Part shown: positions 58,166 through 64,000 of the stretch, piece after piece
How the letters are laid out: every line of letters starts with the position of its first letter
How positions within the stretch are numbered: position 1 is the stretch's first letter
Assembly: GCA_963779175.1 (NCBI GenBank)
Contig: CAVZXA010000007.1
Location: 281,086 to 345,085 of the forward strand
Direction of reading: 5' to 3'
From: an uncultured Acidobacteriota bacterium
GTDB lineage: Bacteria > Acidobacteriota > Vicinamibacteria > Vicinamibacterales > UBA2999
Length of the DNA stretch: 64,000 bases
Made by a program: the position numbers and the translations under genes
Notes under the pieces: model-generated
The model's database searches: none
What the model saw: only the letters and a program-made list of their open reading frames with translations
Told to the model about the DNA's origin: nothing

Positions 58166-61100
58166 ATGCACATTCGCTCCTTCGTCGTGACGATGTTGGC
58201 CGGGTTGGCGGTGTTGTTGTCGGTGCCGGGGAACGCCCGAGCCCAGGGCGCCATCACCAATGGCGAAAATCACACCGGCACCATCGCCGTCAGCGGCGGA
58301 ATCGACCAGTGGACGTTTTCGGCCAACCAGGGCGATTCGATTGTGCTCAATCTCGGCGAGGTGCTGCGGGTGCCCGATTCGGGGTTCTCTCCGTGGATTC
58401 GGCTGTATGGTCCGACGGGCGCGCAGATTGGCGGCGACTCCTTCTACGGGGCGCTGGTGGCGCAGATTGCCACGGTTGCTCCGCTCACCGGCACCTACAC
58501 GGTGCGCGTGGCGGCCGGCTATCCGGGGTACACAGCGGTGGGCGACTACCGGCTCATCCTTGCGCGCGTGCCCGGCCAGCCCGTGGTTCCCGGTGGCGAT
58601 CAAGGCGGCCCGATGACCAACGGGGTGAATCACGTCGGCCGGATCGAACTCGGGGACCTGGACCAGTGGACCTTCACGGCCAATCAAGGCGAGAGCCTGG
58701 TCGTGGAGATCGGCGAAATCGCCGTCGGTTCGGGCGTGCCCGACCCGAACTTCTACCCGTGGATTCGCCTCTACGGCCCGACTGGTGTCCAGATCGGCGG
58801 CGACAGTTTCTACGGTGCGGCCGTGGCGCAAGTGGCCACCACGGCGCCGCTCACCGGCACCTATACGGTGCTCGTGGCTGCCGGCTACCCGAACTACGCG
58901 GCCGCCGGCGACTATCGTCTCGTGCTGGCGCAGGTGCCGGGCACACCCGTCGTCGACGAGGGCGACCATGGCGGGCGCCTGGCCAACGGGGTCAATCACG
59001 ACGGCCGCATCGAGGTCGGCGACCTCGACCAGTGGACGTTCACGGCCAATCAAGGCGAGAGCCTGGTCGTGAGCGTCGGCGAACGGGTGGTGGGACCGGG
59101 TGTGCCCGACCCGGGGTTCTATCCGTGGATCCGTCTCTATGGTCCGACGGGCGCGCAGATTGGCGGCGACTCCTTCTACGGGGCGCTGGTGGCGCAGGCC
59201 GTGACCGTCGCCCCCCTGACCGGCACCTACACGGTGCTGGTGTCGGCCGGCTACCCGAACTACGCGGCCGCCGGCGACTATCGCCTGATCCTGGCGCAGA
59301 TGCCGAGCCGACCCGTGATCGAGACCGATGACGACAACGATCACGATGGCCCAATGGCCAACGGGGTGAATCACGTCGGCCGGGATCGAACTCGGGGACC
59401 TGGACCAGTGGACCTTCACGGCCAATCAAGGCGAGAGCCTGGTCGTGGAGATCGGCGAAATCGCCGTCGGTTCGGGCGTGCCCGATCCGAACTTCTACCC
59501 GTGGATTCGCCTCTACGGCCCGACTGGTGTCCAGATCGGCGGCGACAGTTTCTACGGTGCGGCCGTGGCGCAAGTGGCCACCACGGCGCCGCTCACCGGC
59601 ACCTATACGGTGCTCGTGGCGGCCGGCTACCCGAACTACGCGGCCGCCGGCGACTATCACCTCGTGCTGGCGCAGATGCCGGGCGACCCGGCCGTGGGCG
59701 AAGGCGACCACGGTGGACGGATGACCAACGGAGGCAATCACGACGGCCGCATTGAGGTCGGCGACCTCGACCAGTGGACGTTCACGGCCAATCAGGGCGA
59801 ACGCCTGGTCGTGAACATCGGCGAACGGGTGGTGGGACCGGGTGTGCCCGACCCGGGGTTCTATCCGTGGATCCGCCTCTATGGTCCGACGGGCGCGCAG
59901 ATTGGCGGCGACTCCTTCTACGGGGCGCTGGTGGCGCAGGCCGTGACCGTCGCCCCCCTGACCGGCACCTACACGGTGCTGGTGTCGGCCGGCTACCCGA
60001 GCTACGCGGCCGCCGGCGACTATCGCCTGATCCTGGCGCAGATGCCGGGAAGCCCGGTCGTCGACGCGGGCAATCATGGCGGCCCCATGGCCACCGCCAC
60101 CGACTATCCCGGCCGGATCGAACTCGGGGACCTCGATCCGTGGACCTTCTCGGCCAACCAGGGTTCGGCGCTCACCGTGACCATCACCGAGGTGCCGGTC
60201 GGCCCCGGCGTGCCGGATCCGGCGTTCTATCCGTGGATTCGTCTCTACGGCCCGAACGGCGTGCAAATCGGCGGCGACAGCTTCTACGGAGCCTCGGGTG
60301 CGCAAATCATCACCACGGCGTCGTTGACCGGCACCTACACGGTGCTCGTGTCGGCCGGCTACCCGAACTATCCGGCGGCGGGCGACTATCGGCTGCGGGT
60401 GCTGGGCGCCGCTGCACCGCCGACGCCACCCAACAGCACTGACGACGTCTACGCGACGCCGCAGGGCAAGGCGCTCGCCGTCGCGGCCCCGGGCGTGGTG
60501 GCCAACGACAACCTGGCGGGGGGCGCCACGGTGGCCCTGGTGACGGGCCCGGCGCGCGGCACGGTGACGCTGAATGGCGATGGCAGCTTCACGTACGTGC
60601 CCAACGGCAATGCCGGAGGGGTCGACGCGTTCACCTATCGCGCTGCCAACGCGTCTGGTCCCGGCAACATCGCCACCGTCCGGATCACGGTTGGCGAGAC
60701 CACGCCGGGGGCACCGAGCGGGTTGGCGGCCGCGCTCATTGCCGGCAATGACGTGACCTTGCGCTGGCTGCCGCCGGTTGACGTCGCCACGCCCACCGGC
60801 TATGTCCTCGAGGCCGGGGTGACCCCGGGCGAGGTGCTGGCCTCGGTGCCGACTGGCAGCGCGCTGCCCGTCTTCAGCTTCCCGGCGCCGACCGGCGTGT
60901 TCTGGGTCCGAGTCCGCGCGATCGTGGACGGTGAACTCACCGCACCCTCGAACGACGTCCGCGTGCACGCGAACGTGGTGGCACCGCCGTCGGTTCCGGC
61001 CAACCTGCTCGGGGCCGTGGACGGTTCGGGCCTGGCTCTGGGCTGGCGAAACACCTACGACGGGGGCGCGCCGACGGGGCTGGTCGTGGATGTGGCCGGC

Positions 61101-61517
61101 CCGGTCGCCGGGTCCGTGGCCGTCGCCCTCGACGAGCGGTTCACGTTCGCCGGGGTGCCAGCGGGCACCTATACGTTCACCGTCCGCGCCACCAACGCGG
61201 GTGGCGTGAGCGCCGCCTCCAACCCCGTGACGCTCACATTCCCCAACGGGTGCAGCGGCGCGCCGCAACCGCCGGAACGGTTCCTGGCGCAGGCTGTCGG
61301 GAGCACCGTGCAGCTGCTTTGGGATCCGCCCAGCGCCGGTCCAGCGGCCACCAGTTACCTGTTGACCGCCTCGGGTACTGTCGCCGGGACGATGCCGACG
61401 ACGAGCCGGATGCTGCGGCGCGACGTGGCCCCCGGCACCTACACGCTGTTTGTGACAGCGGTCAACGCGTGCGGGGCCAGCGCCCCGACACCGCCGGTCA
61501 CCGTCGTGGTGCCATGA
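58166..61517 (+). CDS. Secreted repeat protein B: 6 PPC-like domains, 1 Big_9-type Ig domain, 3 FN3 domains; frameshift near 59385
   Basis: Signal ending ARA-QGAITNGENH; ~122-aa units (GDLDQW..PWIRLYGPTG..GTYTVLV); tail colinear with protein A, ending VVVP*. Confidence 0.87.
58606..60080 (+). repeat. Four ~366-bp intragenic tandem repeats in ABAB order
   Basis: Units 2/4 contain EIGEIAVGSGVPDPNFYP; units 3/5 contain GERVVGPGVPDPGFYP, nearly identical at DNA level. Confidence 0.88.
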
Positions 61518-61683
61518 CCTGGTTTCCCGGAATTTTACGCATAGGTCAGGTAAGGAGAGCCGACCGCCGGTTCCGGTGGGCTCTGGCGGCCCCAGACCGA
61601 TACTCTCCGTAGACCTGTTGTGCGAAAATACGACCGCGCCGGTGCCTCCCGCAGCCGCGCCGCGTAGTTTGGAAGGAGTCGAG

Positions 61684-62898
61684 ATGTCCTTTTGGCGTAA
61701 TCGAGTGTCGATCGGAATGCTGCCGCTGCTGGCGGCTGGTATCACGTTCGTGGTGGCGCCTCGGAGCGCCGTCGCGCAATCGGATTCGAAGGCGAAGGAC
61801 GCGGTGGAGACCTGCCCGATGCCCTTCGGCACGATCGCCATCAACGAGCCGCACGAACAGTCGTGGGTCTGGCTGCGTTCGTATCAGCTTGGCTCGCCAT
61901 CATCGCTGCTGCGCACGTTCGCGCAGCGATCGAACTGCTTCGTCGTCGTCGAACGCGGCGTCGGCATGCAGAACATGAAGCAGGAACGTGAACTCGCGGC
62001 AGCTGGCGAGGTTCAGGAAGGCCAGAACATCGGCAAGGGCCAGATGGTGGCCGCCGACTACATGCTGACGCCAGCCATCCAGGGCACCGACAACAACGCC
62101 GGCGGTGTGGGCGGTGGAGCGCGGCTCCCCGGGCGTCTCGGCGGCATCATCGGCGGCGTCAAGAAGAAGGAAGCGCAGACCAGCATCACGGTCGCGTCGG
62201 TCCGTACGGGTGTGCAGGTCGCTGCGGCAGAGGGCGCGGCGACCAAGCGCGACTTCGCCATCGGCGGAATCGGCCTGGGCGTTGGCGCTGGCGGCTACAC
62301 CAGCACATCGGAAGGCAAGATGGTGGCGGCCAGCTTGCTCGACAACTTCAACAACGTCATTCAGTCGCTGAAGACCAATCCCAATGTCAGGCCGATGACG
62401 GCCGACCGGCTGGCGCGCATCACCTCTGGCGAGCCCGAGGCGGGGGGCAACTTCGAAAAGGGCGCAATGGTTGAGGTGAAGATGAATGGCACCAAGCTGC
62501 TGTCGTCGTCCAACGCCACCTCGGTCGCGCTGGCGACGATGCGCGCCGGCGAGACCATGATGTACATGGGCGAGCGGCAGGGCGACTTCCTGCGCGTGCA
62601 GCGCGGCAGCGCGCAGGGCTGGGTGGAGCAGGTGCTGGTGACGCAGTCCAGCGCCAAGGTCGCCAGCTCCGGTGGCGCCACCGCCGGCGGCGTGATGAAC
62701 GAAGGCGATGTCATGGCCCCCAAGATCGACGGCGTGAAGGTGCTGCGGACGGCATCCGACGCCGCGGCGGTGGTCGCGACACTCAAGCGCGGCGAAGACG
62801 TCGTCTACCTCGGCGAAGAGAACGGCACCTTCATCAAGGTGCAGGCGTCCGGGGGCGAAGGCTGGGTGAAGAAGGCCCTGATGGCTTCGAAGCAGTAG
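61684..62898 (+). CDS. CsgG/HfaB-family exported protein with two C-terminal SH3b-like domains
   Basis: Signal; SNCFVVVERG..MKQERELA..GQMVAADY; QVAAAEG; LLDNFNN; repeated tail ..GEDVVYLGEENGTFIKV..GWV. Confidence 0.8.
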   Translation: MSFWRNRVSIGMLPLLAAGITFVVAPRSAVAQSDSKAKDAVETCPMPFGTIAINEPHEQSWVWLRSYQLGSPSSLLRTFAQRSNCFVVVERGVGMQNMKQERELAAAGEVQEGQNIGKGQMVAADYMLTPAIQGTDNNAGGVGGGARLPGRLGGIIGGVKKKEAQTSITVASVRTGVQVAAAEGAATKRDFAIGGIGLGVGAGGYTSTSEGKMVAASLLDNFNNVIQSLKTNPNVRPMTADRLARITSGEPEAGGNFEKGAMVEVKMNGTKLLSSSNATSVALATMRAGETMMYMGERQGDFLRVQRGSAQGWVEQVLVTQSSAKVASSGGATAGGVMNEGDVMAPKIDGVKVLRTASDAAAVVATLKRGEDVVYLGEENGTFIKVQASGGEGWVKKALMASKQ

Positions 62899-62921
62899 CC
62901 CGCCCCGGCCGGAAACCATCC

Positions 62922-62952
62922 ACGGCGGCCCCGCCTCGGCGGGCGCCGCCGT
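62922..62952. terminator. GC-rich hairpin between convergent genes
   Basis: ACGGCGGC...GCCGCCGT inverted repeat. Confidence 0.4.
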
Positions 62953-62964
62953 CGTCGTGTACGA

Positions 62965-64000
62965 CTACTGCTGCCGGCCCGACAGGGTCGCCGAGAGCGC
63001 CTCCACCGCGACGCGCAGCCGCGCCAGCTCTGCGTCCTGCGCGCTCAGCCGCGCGTCGAGCGAGACGCGGTCGCGCTCGAGCCGCTGCACTTCGGCCAGC
63101 AGCAGGGGCGGCAGCAGGTGGTAGCGCACCGTCTGGGGCTGCCCGTCGGCATCGCGCACGAGCAGCTCCGGGAACCGTTCGGCCACGTCTTCGGCAATCA
63201 GGCCGTACTGGACGAGCTGCGACCCGTCGTCGAACTCGGGTTTGTAGACGAAGCTCACCGGCGTGAGGGCCAGCAGTTTCGCGCGGGTCGTATCGCCGAG
63301 CGGCGTGATGGCGTCCTTGAAGCGCGCCGACGACGTGGTGGTGCCCAGGCGGCCTGCACCGTTGACGAGCACGGGGATGCCGCCCGACGCCGTGGCGCCG
63401 CTGATGCCCGAGATGTAGGCCGCCGTCTGGCCCGACCCGATGCGGATCGTGCTCGCCTCGGAGCCGCTGCTGGCAAGACCGCCCACGTAGATGTTGCCCG
63501 AGCCGGTCGTCAGGCCGAGGCCGGCGTTGAACCCGATGCCGATGTTGTCGGTGCCCGTCGTCACCTCGGTGAGAGCGGCCGGTCCGACCGCCGTGTTGAA
63601 GCCGGCGATGGTGGCGGTGTCGAGCGCTCCGACGCCGATGGCCACATTGTTGGAACCCGTGGTGTTGACATTGAGGGCGTGGCGTCCCAGGGCGGTGTTG
63701 GCCGAGCCCGTGGTCGTCTGCTGCATGGCCATCCAGCCCACGGCGGTGTTGTTGTTGCCGGCGTGAGTGTTGAACATCGCGCCGCGCCCGACGGCCGTGT
63801 TGAAACTCCCGGTGTCGCTCGCCACCATCGCGCCGTAGCCGATCGCGGTGTTCTCGCTGCCGGAGTCGTTGAACGACAGCGCCTCGCGTCCGACCGCCGT
63901 ATTGCTCTCGCCCGTGACGTTCAGCTCCATCGCGTAGCGGCCGATTGCCGTGTTCGACGAGGCCGTCGTGTTCGAGCGGAGTGCGAACTCGCCCATGGCC
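62965..64000 (-). CDS. Tail-fibre-like beta-helix protein with C-terminal Peptidase_S74 intramolecular chaperone (5' end outside window)
   Basis: 14-aa NTA[VI]G..A[LM] repeats; TSSARFKDAI..PVSFVYK..YGLIAEDV..FPEL..VRY; coiled-coil tail. Confidence 0.85.
   Translation of the reverse strand, partial: AMGEFALRSNTTASSNTAIGRYAMELNVTGESNTAVGREALSFNDSGSENTAIGYGAMVASDTGSFNTAVGRGAMFNTHAGNNNTAVGWMAMQQTTTGSANTALGRHALNVNTTGSNNVAIGVGALDTATIAGFNTAVGPAALTEVTTGTDNIGIGFNAGLGLTTGSGNIYVGGLASSGSEASTIRIGSGQTAAYISGISGATASGGIPVLVNGAGRLGTTTSSARFKDAITPLGDTTRAKLLALTPVSFVYKPEFDDGSQLVQYGLIAEDVAERFPELLVRDADGQPQTVRYHLLPPLLLAEVQRLERDRVSLDARLSAQDAELARLRVAVEALSATLSGRQQ

Noticed and set aside
52574-60080. Long tandem repeats as CRISPR array or DGR template/variable repeats
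   Set aside because: Units are 354-366 bp coding domains with no unique spacers, no cas or reverse transcriptase gene, and no adenine-specific variation apparent.
49681-64000. Horizontally acquired island (seemingly more A/T at third codon positions, no REP copies)
   Set aside because: Impression only and not computed; no mobility genes or boundary repeats seen.

Overview
High-GC bacterial DNA whose gene content (Oar-like TonB receptor, TPR Ser/Thr kinases, TIGR02999-type ECF sigma, FN3/Ig-tailed secreted proteins) suggests Acidobacteriota, possibly Vicinamibacterales; the taxon is an inference. I see about 45 genes and no rRNA, tRNA, CRISPR, integrase or transposase. Many genes carry single-base frameshifts, densest at 39.5-47.6 kb, that look like long-read errors. 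Two systems stand out. (1) 38.7-47.1 kb: a probable copper-uptake operon (TonB receptor, Cys-rich BNR protein, exported methyltransferase, MbnP, MbnH with an extra cytochrome c domain, CcmH-like protein). It is led by a Cys/His-rich leader ORF ending PPPRA whose last codons can base-pair with the receptor's Shine-Dalgarno region. (2) 50.8-62.9 kb: an ECF sigma/TPR kinase pair flanked by two paralogous secreted tandem-repeat proteins that share the upstream motif GTGATAGG-N14-TGCGCAATAGGA. Also present: a GGGGTCWGACCCC REP-like family, head-to-head overlapping genes, a Vut-like/GGDEF fusion and a lipoprotein with a duplicated signal peptide. All family calls are from motif recognition by eye, not database searches.
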